Counted from the first letter of the whole stretch, positions 18,925-29,395 are shown. The stretch: DNA of 61,807 bases, filler included, from 8 parts of 8 records of this genome joined end to end with filler, not necessarily neighbours in it; one strand, 5' to 3'. The notes: generated by a model from the sequence alone, not told the origin. Numbers and translations: made by a program.

Positions 18925-21533
18925 AACAAAGCCCCCAAGACACTATCTAGATCCTTAACAACTTCTGCAGCAATTGTGCCAAAACAATCCTCCAGGAATA
19001 TCTCATTTCCGGCTCCATCTGACTTGGATGTCCACACTGCAGTCTGGCGCGTATGTACGAGCACCACGCTTACCTGCGGCAAGGCGTTATCAGCACTGAC
19101 TATGTGCAGCATACCACGCGAATCGTGATAGACACGACTGCCGTTGCTCCACTGCGCACAGCGCAACATCCAATTACCTGTACTACATTTGTACGGTTCA
19201 GCAAACTCGGCAAGTGCAATAACATCACATTCACCGTCTTTTACCAGGAGAAACTCAAAGTAATTCTTACCGCTTACACGCAGAACAAAATTGGTAAAAT
19301 GGTTACGAAGGGGCAAAAACAGTTCGCCATCGGCAGTGATACCGACCCGGTTGAAATTCTTAAAATATGAACTGCCAATCTTTTGGCTTTGAGCAGTGAG
19401 TGCAGCATACTTTTTGTGTTGCAGCCGGTCAACCTGTCCGTTGGGATGGTCACCTTTCCAGACTTGCAATTTGTGGCCGTCGTAACTCAGATGTACATTA
19501 CTCCTCTTGCGTGTAAAACTATCGTAACGAGTCAGAACCAGTCCGCGAAAATCCAGCTCCAGGTCTTTCAGGGTCGCCGCCGCCGCTACAGCACCGCTGT
19601 TAAGGTTTAGTGCGGCTACGCTCTTATCGTAATGCACAATTACCCAGTCGTTTTGCGGCCAGGCTGCGTGGACTACCTTCGGCTCAATTTCACAAACACG
19701 GTGTTTTGGCTCCAGTCCATCAAAATTCCAACTGTTTAATACCAGTTGCCGTGTTTTACTGTCAAAATTCAGGCAAACAATGCGCTTTTCATTGCGTTGA
19801 ATAAACAAACGACGCCAGGTGCTGCGCGGCACGCGGTCCACAATCTGCTCAGGCAGGCTATGCTCTGTCCCATCCTGGAATAGGAGGCGACGGTCTTTGG
19901 CAATAAAAAAAATGCCGAACTCATCGTCAACTGTCATGGTACTGACTTTTCCGATAAACGGTAGCAAAAATGGAAAATAGTCCTCCTGCAGAATAATTGG
20001 CAGGTCCGGGTCTTGCTCCCGATCGACTAGCTCAGAATGTTTACGTTTGGATCGGCGCGGTTTCAGTTCTTCCTGCGGCGTGTTAAGCAGTTCCGCCAGC
20101 GGCACAGCCGCTGAGCCCAAAGTCTTCCAGCCAAAGCCCAAAGTGTACTGTTTAAGTTCCACCAGCCCCGCATCCAATGTTTCAGCCTCAACACTGACGC
20201 CGTAGATTCCAGACTGGTTAACAGTTTTGAGAGTCTCAGTAATTTCAGGATCCTGCAGCGTCTGCCTGTGAGTTACAAACACCAGATCGGTGTGAGGCTC
20301 CTGCGCTACTGAAGCGGCAAACTCCTGTAGCGCCTGTGCCGAGTTCAGACTCGCATCCAGGCTCGCCATTTGTTTAAGAATGTCGCTCTGCGTGCCGAGT
20401 TCTATCGGACTAAAACGCGCATCGCGCAGGCCAAACACATGCACGTGCGGCCGCGAATACGCCGGGCCGCGCTCTTCGGCCTGCACCGCCAATCCGACGG
20501 CCAGAATCATGAGGCGTGGCAGGCCCCAGCAGCGCAAACTGGAATCGAGTAATATATAGCGCGAATTGCCAGGCTGTGAAGGCAGCCGCTCACGGCGCAG
20601 ATATAAAGCCTCGTTGTTGGCCAAACGCGTCACCAGCACATCATTGTCTTGCGCCAGTTCACTAACCAGAAGTTTATCCGGCTCGCCGCGATTTGTGATG
20701 TCGGACAAACCGCCGATCGATTCATCTTTGCCCCGCTTGTGGTCGTGCGGAATTGTCATGACCGCCAGCAGATGCTGCGCCAGTCCACCCAGAGCTGCAA
20801 ATTTGGAATCGCGACGCAGATCGGCGATGAGATCGCGGGGTGTGAGCGCCTCGGCTTCGGCGTCTTTACCGGGCTTGCCGGCAGAATCACTGCCGTCGGT
20901 CTCCAGGACTTCAGCCGGGATCGGCGGTTTGGGGTTTGGCACATTGGCATAACCCGAACGCAGGCAGACCTCCAAAGTCTGCGGCGTAAGTCCCTCAAAG
21001 GCGCGCACGATCGACTTTAACACATTCCAGTATGAAGGTGCGAAATAGGTGTTTTGCGGCCTAGGCTGCAGCATGTCTGGTGTTAAACCCTCAGCCAGCA
21101 GATGCGCCAATTTCAGGCCGTCAAGCTCTGAGTCAACGGGTTCAAATTCAATTGCCAGCAAAACTATAGCGCGCAGACTGTTTAAGCCGCTACGCAAATC
21201 TGACGGAAGTTGATGCAGTTTCTGCAGTTGCTCAACAGCCAGTTTGGCATCTACCAGAATCGCACCGGCTTCAGACGCGTTGTCCGCAACCTCGTTACCC
21301 CGAGCGCAAATGTCATGGGCTTGCGCACCGGACCAACTGTCTCTGCAGGCGGCTATCAGCAGGATGATCATCTGCAGGTCTGGCACCCTTTTACCCGTCA
21401 AATCCTGCAAAATTGTCTGGATTTCCTCGGCATATGCTACAGTTGTGCCGTCGCGCCAGGCGATAACGCGGGCGCGGTCTTCCCACTTCCAGAGTCCATC
21501 TGGAGCCGGTCTGAAGTAGTTCGCTTCGCGCAT
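18921..21533 (-). CDS. vWA-domain protein of the MoxR ternary system (bpX0/vWA/bpX1-like)
   Basis: GGLSDITNRGEPDKLLVSELA...RLANNEALYLRRE (ViaA-like); ILLDSSLRCWG (MIDAS-like); C-terminal WSNGSRVYHDSRGMLH; TAATG coupling. Confidence 0.75.
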   Translation of the reverse strand: MREANYFRPAPDGLWKWEDRARVIAWRDGTTVAYAEEIQTILQDLTGKRVPDLQMIILLIAACRDSWSGAQAHDICARGNEVADNASEAGAILVDAKLAVEQLQKLHQLPSDLRSGLNSLRAIVLLAIEFEPVDSELDGLKLAHLLAEGLTPDMLQPRPQNTYFAPSYWNVLKSIVRAFEGLTPQTLEVCLRSGYANVPNPKPPIPAEVLETDGSDSAGKPGKDAEAEALTPRDLIADLRRDSKFAALGGLAQHLLAVMTIPHDHKRGKDESIGGLSDITNRGEPDKLLVSELAQDNDVLVTRLANNEALYLRRERLPSQPGNSRYILLDSSLRCWGLPRLMILAVGLAVQAEERGPAYSRPHVHVFGLRDARFSPIELGTQSDILKQMASLDASLNSAQALQEFAASVAQEPHTDLVFVTHRQTLQDPEITETLKTVNQSGIYGVSVEAETLDAGLVELKQYTLGFGWKTLGSAAVPLAELLNTPQEELKPRRSKRKHSELVDREQDPDLPIILQEDYFPFLLPFIGKVSTMTVDDEFGIFFIAKDRRLLFQDGTEHSLPEQIVDRVPRSTWRRLFIQRNEKRIVCLNFDSKTRQLVLNSWNFDGLEPKHRVCEIEPKVVHAAWPQNDWVIVHYDKSVAALNLNSGAVAAAATLKDLELDFRGLVLTRYDSFTRKRSNVHLSYDGHKLQVWKGDHPNGQVDRLQHKKYAALTAQSQKIGSSYFKNFNRVGITADGELFLPLRNHFTNFVLRVSGKNYFEFLLVKDGECDVIALAEFAEPYKCSTGNWMLRCAQWSNGSRVYHDSRGMLHIVSADNALPQVSVVLVHTRQTAVWTSKSDGAGNEIFLEDCFGTIAAEVVKDLDSVLGALL

Positions 21534-22246
21534 TAGCTCTGTGCCTCCGCCCACGTTCTTAAAACTCCAGCGCGCTCCAGGTCGGTGAGCATAACAGCGG
21601 CAATATATTCCCAGCTGCCGTCGGCATTAAACAACGCAATGTCGCCTTTGTGAAGTTTAAGCTGCATGGCCAAGACGGCGGCGGGCAGGTAATTCGGCAG
21701 CTGCATTCCGGCGGGCAGCGCAATTCCGTCTGCAATCGTATAATGCTGCCCGGCAATTCCCGGGAGCGGTGTTCCGATTACAAAAACGCGTTGGTCTTCA
21801 CAAATCACCCAGGCCAGACGCTCAATTCGGAGTTTGGGAGCTGTGCGAATCCAGGCCTGCAGCTGCGTCAGCTTGCTCAGGACGGCATTAACACTGCGCT
21901 CTGTACCGGAACGCTGCAGACGCTTAGAACTAATGGTACTCGCCTGCCCGGGACTGGCGTGAACCGGCACAGCAAGCTGGAAAAATTGTTGAATTGCCTG
22001 CCACTCACCTTGCGGTAACTCGCGTACCGGAAGCTGCGAACCCAGAGGCACCAGCGAATGTTTGTTTAACAACTCAAAGTCAGCAAGCCGTGGCAGCGCC
22101 TTAAACTGCAGGTCGTCAACCGCAAATCGGCCGCGCAGCCAGATACCTTCAGCGGTCGGCAGCACGCGTACTTCAGAGTGCAGACGTAAGTCGGCAAGTG
22201 CCGCAGTCTGCACATGATCAAGCAATATGACGCGTTCGGGAGTCAT
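21533..22246 (-). CDS. MoxR ternary-system accessory protein (bpX2-like)
   Basis: Coupled to the MoxR stop; IWLRG, WIRTAPKLRI, GTPLPGI...LPAG motifs. Confidence 0.65.
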   Translation of the reverse strand: MTPERVILLDHVQTAALADLRLHSEVRVLPTAEGIWLRGRFAVDDLQFKALPRLADFELLNKHSLVPLGSQLPVRELPQGEWQAIQQFFQLAVPVHASPGQASTISSKRLQRSGTERSVNAVLSKLTQLQAWIRTAPKLRIERLAWVICEDQRVFVIGTPLPGIAGQHYTIADGIALPAGMQLPNYLPAAVLAMQLKLHKGDIALFNADGSWEYIAAVMLTDLERAGVLRTWAEAQS

Positions 22247-23490
22247 GAAGTTTTGAGCTTTTTCCAGAGTGTATCAACCTGCTCCTGCAGGGCGGCGCGC
22301 TGCATATCGTTTTCGACCCACTGAATACGCCCGGCCAGCAGTGTTAATTTGTCGCTTAATACGGTCAGATCGGCGGCTGACCTATCTGCTGGATTGGCAC
22401 TCGACTGCTCCAGCACCGTCTGCATTTGTTTAAGATCCGTGGCAAGCTGCTCGGGATTGGGTGCTGCGGCGGCGCGCGCCTGGCTGTGATCATCACTCGC
22501 GGGCTCGGCGTCTTTGAGACTCTGATTAACAATTGCCGCAATGACTTCACGTTGCTCGGCATTGTCCCAAATGTGGCGCAGAACCCACAGGTCACTGTTG
22601 CGAACCCGCATGCGTCCGCACAGCACCGCACTGGCGGCAATCACACGTTGCAACTTAACCGCACGCCGGTCCGAAATTGAAATTCCGGCATTGCGCAAAT
22701 TGTTAATCAAGGCCAAATAGACTTCGCGCACGGCGCTCAGGTCAACCTGGGGAATCAGAGACTGAATCTTGCGGATATCATCGGCCGACACGCCCAAAGC
22801 CGGTGCAGCCTGCGAACTGTTAATATTTGCGGCCGCGACTTTCTGTTCCTCCAGTTTCCAGCCGGCATCCAGGACTGCTCCCAGCTGGGCCGAACTCACA
22901 TTATCACAAAGGGCGCGCAGCAGAAAACGATCAAACAGGGCGCGCAGAGCTTCATCTTCCGGCAAATTATTACTCGCACCGATAAAACAAAGGGCGGGAA
23001 GTTTGCGATTCTCGCGTCCACGGCGGAACATGCGCTCATTCAGCGCCATCAGCAGCGCGTTTAGAATTGCGCTGTTCGCATGCAGCAGCTCATCCAGAAA
23101 AACGAGGTCGGCCTCAGGCAGCATCCCGTCCGTATTTGTTACCAGCTCACCTTCGCGCAGCCGGCGAATGTCAAACGGACCAAACAACTCATTCGGCTCG
23201 CTAAAACTCGTCAGCAGATAATCGAAGGTTTTGCCCTGCAGCAGGCGTCCCATCCCGTGTACAAGCGCACTCTTGGCAGTTCCCGGCGGCCCCAATAAAA
23301 ACAGGTTTTCACCGCCGGCCAGGCAAACTCCCAGCAGATCGATAATCGTATCTTTGTCTACAAACTGACTCTTCAGCTTGTCCAGCACCGCATTTAGTCC
23401 GGCAAGCAGATGGCTGAGGTCGGGCGCAGATGCACCAACATTGTTAGCATCTACAGTAAGCGCGGACTTAAGTCCAGGTTGATCGCTCAT
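22243..23490 (-). CDS. MoxR/RavA-type AAA+ ATPase
   Basis: Walker A GPPGTAKS, Walker B VFLDE, SEPNELFGP, GASNNLP, ALFDRFLLR, ISDRR. Confidence 0.92.
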   Translation of the reverse strand: MSDQPGLKSALTVDANNVGASAPDLSHLLAGLNAVLDKLKSQFVDKDTIIDLLGVCLAGGENLFLLGPPGTAKSALVHGMGRLLQGKTFDYLLTSFSEPNELFGPFDIRRLREGELVTNTDGMLPEADLVFLDELLHANSAILNALLMALNERMFRRGRENRKLPALCFIGASNNLPEDEALRALFDRFLLRALCDNVSSAQLGAVLDAGWKLEEQKVAAANINSSQAAPALGVSADDIRKIQSLIPQVDLSAVREVYLALINNLRNAGISISDRRAVKLQRVIAASAVLCGRMRVRNSDLWVLRHIWDNAEQREVIAAIVNQSLKDAEPASDDHSQARAAAAPNPEQLATDLKQMQTVLEQSSANPADRSAADLTVLSDKLTLLAGRIQWVENDMQRAALQEQVDTLWKKLKTS

Positions 23491-23503
23491 AGCTTGTATA
23501 TTC

Positions 23504-24220
23504 TCAATGTAAAGGGGGTTCAGTTTGATTGCCGGACAGGTCCGCAGACTCATTTTCGAGGGCTGCGCGGTCCAGTTCCTGCACAAAAGTATGGACTGCC
23601 GGAGCCAACTCAGGATGTAAACCCAATGTGGCTTTTACTTCGGCACGAACGCGCGGATCTTTCATTCGATCGCGGTCGGCAGTTTCGATAATACGTTCGG
23701 TATACAACGCACGCAATGTTGGATGCTCCAGCAGCAGCGTCAGATTGGATGCCGATATTGCGGCAGCATCAATTTCCGGTGCACCAACCGAGGATAGTGG
23801 GAACTTCAGCGCCATATCTCGCAGGGTAACCGTCACGATGTCTTCGGCCGAAATCGAGCTACAGTAGCGCAGAATATCGGGCAAAAAACGCAGGCTCAGG
23901 TCAAAGGAATACATATGGTCGGCGGCCGCAAATCCCCCATTAATCACAAATGGTTCGGCCAGTGATTGTTTAATAATATCTGCGTCAATATCGCGCACCA
24001 CGGCAAATTGCAGCAAACTATAACAGCGTCGGGCGGCCCACAGCGCGGACTCAGGCACAAATTGCGGCGCACTTCCCGGCAGGCGCAGAATATCTTCAGT
24101 GTAAATATTTTTTATCTCTTCCAGCGCTGCATCCCTGTCGGCTAATTCGGGCACGTGCTTAAGCTCCAACTTAAGTGGATGTCCAAGGTAGAGCGCCCTG
24201 AGGAATGGCTTCAGCTTCAT
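23504..24220 (-). CDS. MoxR ternary-system accessory protein (bpX4-like)
   Basis: First gene of the operon; SALWAA, SFDLSLRFLPD, FPLSSVG, LRALYTERII. Confidence 0.65.
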   Translation of the reverse strand: MKLKPFLRALYLGHPLKLELKHVPELADRDAALEEIKNIYTEDILRLPGSAPQFVPESALWAARRCYSLLQFAVVRDIDADIIKQSLAEPFVINGGFAAADHMYSFDLSLRFLPDILRYCSSISAEDIVTVTLRDMALKFPLSSVGAPEIDAAAISASNLTLLLEHPTLRALYTERIIETADRDRMKDPRVRAEVKATLGLHPELAPAVHTFVQELDRAALENESADLSGNQTEPPLH

Positions 24221-24931
24221 GTTCGGCAGTCGGCATATTAACGCAAATTTACACAGGCCACAAAATGCACTTTTTATGCGACTTTTCAATCAAATTCTAT
24301 CAGTCAGGTAGGATTGATGTACAGCGATTGCGGGCTTGTCGTTTCAGATTTTGCACGCGAATCCGGTGGCTCAGCGGCTTCTGGCTTGTCTTTTTCGGAG
24401 AAATTCTCTTCGAAAACTGGTCAATCTTTACTTCGCATATGGATGAGCTTTTTACTTCCTTCGTTAATGGCCAACCCCATTGTGAAAATGATTCATAAAT
24501 ACCTGAAGTTGACTGTAACAAACTACGGCGAAATGGTATTCAACTATTTGAATTCAATTTTACTTTATCAAACGGATTCATTTTGGAGATGCCTTTGGAC
24601 ACGTCTAACTGTTATACGATGTCTGCGAAACGTTGCCAACCGGAAACGCCAAAAAGACAGAGTAAAGTGAAAGCTGAGTACGTCAAGAATTATTGCCCTG
24701 TTTGCCATGGCGATAAACGCGGTTGCGTTCATTGTGGTGGTAGAGGGGTGGTCTAATAGTTTTCGTCCGGAAACTGAGATCCCAAGTTCTTCGTGGTCAA
24801 AGTTTCCGGACTCTACTAAACATTCCTTTTTGGCTCAATGTTGCAATAACATCCTAAGCGTATTCCAGCAGCCGGAGACTATTACAAGGAGTGAAATCTT
24901 CCACGATCAATAAGAAAGCACGCTAGAAAAA

Positions 24932-26191
24932 CTAACGTAAAAGTGTTAAGGCACTGCGGCTCAGCACAGCTCCGGCGGCATCCACCGCCACGAGCGAATA
25001 GGATCCGGCAGCAGTTACACCACTGTCCACACTTAACTCCAGCATCTGCTCACTTCCCTGCACGGTTCCCGACCAAAGTTCAGCGACCGTGACGCCGCGA
25101 CTGTTAACAAGCCGCAAATGCACCAGATCCGGCGCGCCACTCAATGAAACTGAAAGCACCTGCCCGGCTCTGACCGGATTCGGGGTAATTGACGTGATCC
25201 GCAGCTTTGGAACGACAATCAACTGATCCGATCCAACTTCACGCGACGACTTGGAAGGTTGCTCCGGAGCAATTTCCGCCATAACGATACTGCCGTTAAT
25301 CGTCTCGGGTACGTAATAGCGATCCTCAAAAATGGTGTATTGATGTGGCGAAAACAGCCAGTGTCGCGATTCCGGCAGCCAGCCGTCTTCGGCTTTGCGG
25401 TCGTCACAATAGGCCAATACTTCCTGGAACCAGTCTTCAAGGAGTTGTGTATGCTCCGATTGACGTAACATGTTGCCATGTTCATCCACCATTGAAGATT
25501 CGTTAACCATATAACCAACATCTTTCATAAGCGTCAGGCCGTATGGAGACGGTCCCCATCTTCTGGCTATGACCTGGACATACGCATTCCGTCCCGCATG
25601 TGAAGCCGGTATCATTACCGTGTGGTTGGCTTGGCGTGGCGCGCTGCCGTACCAGGGCTTTGAGTATGGATCATCATGTGCGTCAATACCGGCGGTGTTA
25701 AGGACCATCACTAGGTCATCCGTAGCGGCGTCCCGTAACTGGACTTCAAACTCCGTTTTGTCCAGAATATCCCATGGTGTGTTTTCGCTGCCGCCACCCG
25801 GAGGATCGTCCGGAGCCGGTGGAAAAGCGGCGCTTGGAGCCCACATCCCGATGTTCCGGAAAAAGGAAATCTCAGTTTCTTCTCCGGCAGGTAATTCAAA
25901 TGGCTCAGTTCTTGAGTACGGTGCCAGGTCGGTTTGATCAATATTGCCGGCCGCATCCTGTATCGTTATCTCCGGTCCCGTCCATTCTACAAGCGGCACT
26001 CGTCGCACTTCCCCCGCCTGCGACTTCAAAGTCACTTCGCCAAAACGCATTTCTACGCCTGAATACGTAAAGGTATTCCGAAAATCCAGGTACTGCAAAA
26101 AAGCATCATCTTCGGGAGTCAGGTTGTAAATAACTTGCGCAGGCAGCTGCACCGCACACAGTAAAATGACCAGTAGTGTTTTTGTGAACAT
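24932..26191 (-). CDS. Secreted protein with C-terminal T9SS/FlgD-like sorting domain
   Basis: Signal peptide MFTKTLLVILLCAVQLPAQ; C-terminal ITPNPV...LVNSRG...AAGSYSL. Confidence 0.65.
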   Translation of the reverse strand: MFTKTLLVILLCAVQLPAQVIYNLTPEDDAFLQYLDFRNTFTYSGVEMRFGEVTLKSQAGEVRRVPLVEWTGPEITIQDAAGNIDQTDLAPYSRTEPFELPAGEETEISFFRNIGMWAPSAAFPPAPDDPPGGGSENTPWDILDKTEFEVQLRDAATDDLVMVLNTAGIDAHDDPYSKPWYGSAPRQANHTVMIPASHAGRNAYVQVIARRWGPSPYGLTLMKDVGYMVNESSMVDEHGNMLRQSEHTQLLEDWFQEVLAYCDDRKAEDGWLPESRHWLFSPHQYTIFEDRYYVPETINGSIVMAEIAPEQPSKSSREVGSDQLIVVPKLRITSITPNPVRAGQVLSVSLSGAPDLVHLRLVNSRGVTVAELWSGTVQGSEQMLELSVDSGVTAAGSYSLVAVDAAGAVLSRSALTLLR

Positions 26192-26219
26192 GTTTCTTTC
26201 CTTGGTGATAAAAGTGATA

Positions 26220-26681
26220 TTACGGGCACTTGGCATTACAGCTAATTTCAAGTTCTGAGGGACTGCAGCGAATATTTTCACATGGATTAACACATGCGCA
26301 GCCCTGACCTATAGCAACCGACAGACAACCATCTGCACTGCGGAAACTCTGGAAAGATGCGTAGCCCACATCGTAGTCTTCCTGTGAGCATTGTGGGGCA
26401 GATGCACTTGGATGTGACAGGCACAATACTACACGAAAGGTATGGCTACCGCAGACCAATGCTTCCCCACAGTCACAAATGAACTTACATTGTACTTGAC
26501 AACTGCTTGTTTGCAGGAAACAAAGCCAACGCTCTTCGTAATATTCGCCAGCCTCTGTAGTAATGAGTTTCTTTTCGCAACACATATTGTGCTGTTCTTC
26601 ATTAGGTTTTTCAACGTTGGCAGCAAACAAACCAGCAAATGAAAGTGCAGAAAGCAGTGCTACCATCACGAGTGTTTTCAT
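26220..26681 (-). CDS. Small secreted Cys-rich protein (153 aa, 17 Cys)
   Basis: Signal peptide MKTLVMVALLSALSFAGLFA; stop lies 28 nt before the next gene on the same strand. Confidence 0.65.
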   Translation of the reverse strand: MKTLVMVALLSALSFAGLFAANVEKPNEEQHNMCCEKKLITTEAGEYYEERWLCFLQTSSCQVQCKFICDCGEALVCGSHTFRVVLCLSHPSASAPQCSQEDYDVGYASFQSFRSADGCLSVAIGQGCACVNPCENIRCSPSELEISCNAKCP

Positions 26682-26951
26682 CTTGATCCTGACATTTACG
26701 AAGTGGTAGTAATTTGATACATGGCCGTCAAGAAAAATAATCAATTAAAGTATTCCGGCAAAAAGAATTTTTTCAGTGACGTGATCGGAGGCATATGTCT
26801 CCTGAATGCTTCGCCTCCCACCAGTGCCTGACGTTTGGGCTTGCTTTTTGAGGATATTGTTTGGCGCTGATCCCCACCCCTGAAGTCATTGAGACAGCCT
26901 TAGAGGCAATCAGCCCAAAGCAGTTAAACTGGTCTTTAAGTTTGGAGACCC

Positions 26952-26981
26952 GTAGATTTGCGGCTCACAGCACTTAGGGCT
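26952..26981. repeat. REP-like palindrome starting with GTAG, cut by the contig end
   Basis: GTAGATTTGCGGCTCACAGCACTTAGGGCT. Confidence 0.8.
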
Positions 26982-27083
26982 NNNNNNNNNNNNNNNNNNN
27001 NNNNNNNNNNNNNNNNNNNNNNNNNTTAATTAATTAANNNNNNNNNNNNNNNNNNNNNNNNNNNNNNNNNNNNNNNNNNNNCC

Positions 27084-29333
27084 CCCAACGAGCCCCTGTT
27101 TACCACCGAAGGCCTGGCGCGGTTAAGGGCTCTTCGCGACGAGCTACAAGCCCTTGAAGCCGTCGGTTCCACCAACAGCATTCTGAATGTGCCGCTGCTG
27201 CACAGCCCGGACCTTACTCTGGACACCGTCGACAGCGAGATCAAAACGCTGGATGAACACGATGTGGCTCCGGCGACCGGCCGACAGGCGTTGCTGGACA
27301 ACCCCATGTACCCCAACCTGCTCATCAGCGAGGACGGCAAGACCACGGCCATCCAGGTCAACCTGCCGACCCCGGACCGCTATTTTGACTTACTCAACCA
27401 GCGTAACGAACTCCGGGAAAAGGTGAATCGGGGCGAGGCCAGCGAGGCCGAGCGGACGCAACTTGAGCAGACAAGCGACGAATTTATCCGCTACACCGAG
27501 CAACTGGGTGAAGAGCGTGATGCCACCATCAATCAGGTTCGCGCCATACTGGAGCAATACCGCGACCACGCCAGCATCCACCTGGGCGGCGTGCCCATGA
27601 TTGTCGCCGACATGATCCGGTTTATTGAAAACGATCTCTCCACTTTCGGCTTCGGGGTATTGGCTTTCCTGCTGCTCACCCTGGCGATTATTTTCCGGCA
27701 ATGGCGTTGGGTCGTGGTACCACTGTTGTGTTGCGGTTTTACCGTCTGGCTGATGGTCGGATTTCTGGGCTGGGCCCAATGGCCGGTGACAGTGATTTCG
27801 TCCAACTTTATCTCGCTGCTACTGATCATGACCCTGTCGCTCACCATCCACCTGATTGTGCGCTACCGGGAATTCCAGCATGACGAGCCCGAGGCTGCGC
27901 CAAACAACATCCTGCGCAACACCCTGATGACCATGATCCGGCCGTGCTTCTACATGGCGATCACCACCATTGTTGCCTTCGGTTCCCTCACCTTCAGCGG
28001 CATCCGGCCGGTCATCGACTTCGGCTGGATGATGACCCTGGGGCTGACCGTGGCTTTCCTCATTACCTTTCTGGTATTTCCGGCCCTGTTGAGCCTGCTG
28101 CCACCCCCGATCGACCAGCGCGTGAGCTCAGACAAGGTACCCTTCACCGATGCCTTCGCCCGCTTTACCGAGCGCTTCAGCGGGACGGTTCTGGTCAGTT
28201 CAGGGGTCATTGCCGTGCTCTGCGTGATTGGCCTGAACCGGCTGACGGTGGAGAACAGCTTTATCGACTACTTCAAGTCCTCCACCGAAATCCATCAGGG
28301 CATGGTTACCATAGACGACCGCCTGGGGGGCACCACGCCGCTGGATGTGGTCATCACCGACCAGCCCGCCCCGGAAAACGCCAACGCGGATCCTTTCGCC
28401 AGTGACTGCGACCCGTTTGTAGAAGACTGCGGTGACGAGGAATACCGGGATACCTGGTACACCTATCAGAAAATGCGCCAGCTGGGCGAGGTGCATGATT
28501 ACCTGCACAGCCTGCCGGAGACCGGCAAAGTCCTGTCCATACAAACCACACTGGAACTGCTTGCCCAGGTGAACGGCGGCGAGCCCCTGGACGCCCTGGA
28601 GCTGGCCTTCGTGCCCGCCGCCGTGCCGGACGACCTTCAGGACATTCTGCTGACCCCTTACATTTCTGAGGAGCAGGACAAGGCGCGATTCAGCATCCGC
28701 ATACTGGAAACCTTGCCGGACCTGCGTCGACAGGAGCTGCTGGATGACATTCGCCACCACCTGAGCACCGAACTCGGTTACGACCGGGATCGCATACTGC
28801 TCTCAGGCATGGCAGTGATGTACAACAACATGCTGCAGAGCCTGTTCGATTCACAGATCAAAACCATCGGGGTAGTGTTTGGGGCTATCCTGGTGATGTT
28901 CCTGATCCTGTTTCGTTCCGTGAAGCTGGCGCTGGTGGGTATGGCACCCAACCTGATTGCCGCAGGCTCAGTACTGGGGCTGATGGGCTGGCTGGGCATT
29001 CCACTGGATATGATGACCATTACCGTGGCGGCCATCACCGTCGGGATTGCGGTAGATGACACCATCCACTACATCCATCGCTTCAAAACCGAGTTCGCCA
29101 AAGACGGCGACTACCTGGCCACCATGCACCGTTGTCATCGCAGTATCGGCCAGGCCATGTTCTACACCTCGCTGACTATCATTGCCGGTTTCTCCATACT
29201 GGTGCTGTCGAACTTCATTCCCACCATTTACTTTGGCCTGTTCACCGGGTTTGCCATGTTCATGGCCTTGCTGGGTGCACTCACCCTGCTGCCCAGGCTG
29301 ATCATTCTGGTTCGCCCGTTTAATACCCCATAA
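27084..29333 (+). CDS. MMPL/RND-family exporter, 5'-truncated
   Basis: Two TM blocks; GGVPMI, GIAVDDTIHY, LSNFIPT. Confidence 0.9.
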   Translation, partial: PNEPLFTTEGLARLRALRDELQALEAVGSTNSILNVPLLHSPDLTLDTVDSEIKTLDEHDVAPATGRQALLDNPMYPNLLISEDGKTTAIQVNLPTPDRYFDLLNQRNELREKVNRGEASEAERTQLEQTSDEFIRYTEQLGEERDATINQVRAILEQYRDHASIHLGGVPMIVADMIRFIENDLSTFGFGVLAFLLLTLAIIFRQWRWVVVPLLCCGFTVWLMVGFLGWAQWPVTVISSNFISLLLIMTLSLTIHLIVRYREFQHDEPEAAPNNILRNTLMTMIRPCFYMAITTIVAFGSLTFSGIRPVIDFGWMMTLGLTVAFLITFLVFPALLSLLPPPIDQRVSSDKVPFTDAFARFTERFSGTVLVSSGVIAVLCVIGLNRLTVENSFIDYFKSSTEIHQGMVTIDDRLGGTTPLDVVITDQPAPENANADPFASDCDPFVEDCGDEEYRDTWYTYQKMRQLGEVHDYLHSLPETGKVLSIQTTLELLAQVNGGEPLDALELAFVPAAVPDDLQDILLTPYISEEQDKARFSIRILETLPDLRRQELLDDIRHHLSTELGYDRDRILLSGMAVMYNNMLQSLFDSQIKTIGVVFGAILVMFLILFRSVKLALVGMAPNLIAAGSVLGLMGWLGIPLDMMTITVAAITVGIAVDDTIHYIHRFKTEFAKDGDYLATMHRCHRSIGQAMFYTSLTIIAGFSILVLSNFIPTIYFGLFTGFAMFMALLGALTLLPRLIILVRPFNTP

Positions 29334-29334
29334 C

Positions 29335-29370
29335 AAAAAACCCCGCCGGGGCCAGGCTCCGGCGGGGTTT
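29335..29370. terminator. Bidirectional intrinsic terminator
   Basis: AAAAAACCCCGCCGG...CCGGCGGGGTTT between convergent genes. Confidence 0.85.
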
Positions 29371-29395
29371 CTCTCAAACACACCGACTCAGCGGA

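Noticed and set aside
24290-24930. Small ORFs or an ncRNA in the AT-rich gap upstream of the MoxR operon
   Set aside because: No protein-like ORF, recognisable RNA motif or strong repeat is visible by eye; an Rfam search would be needed.
15904-26981. Contig 3 as a circular plasmid or phage, or its repeat as CRISPR
   Set aside because: The terminal copies differ just outside the 19-bp shared core, there are no rep, integrase, phage or cas genes, and there are only two copies 11 kb apart.
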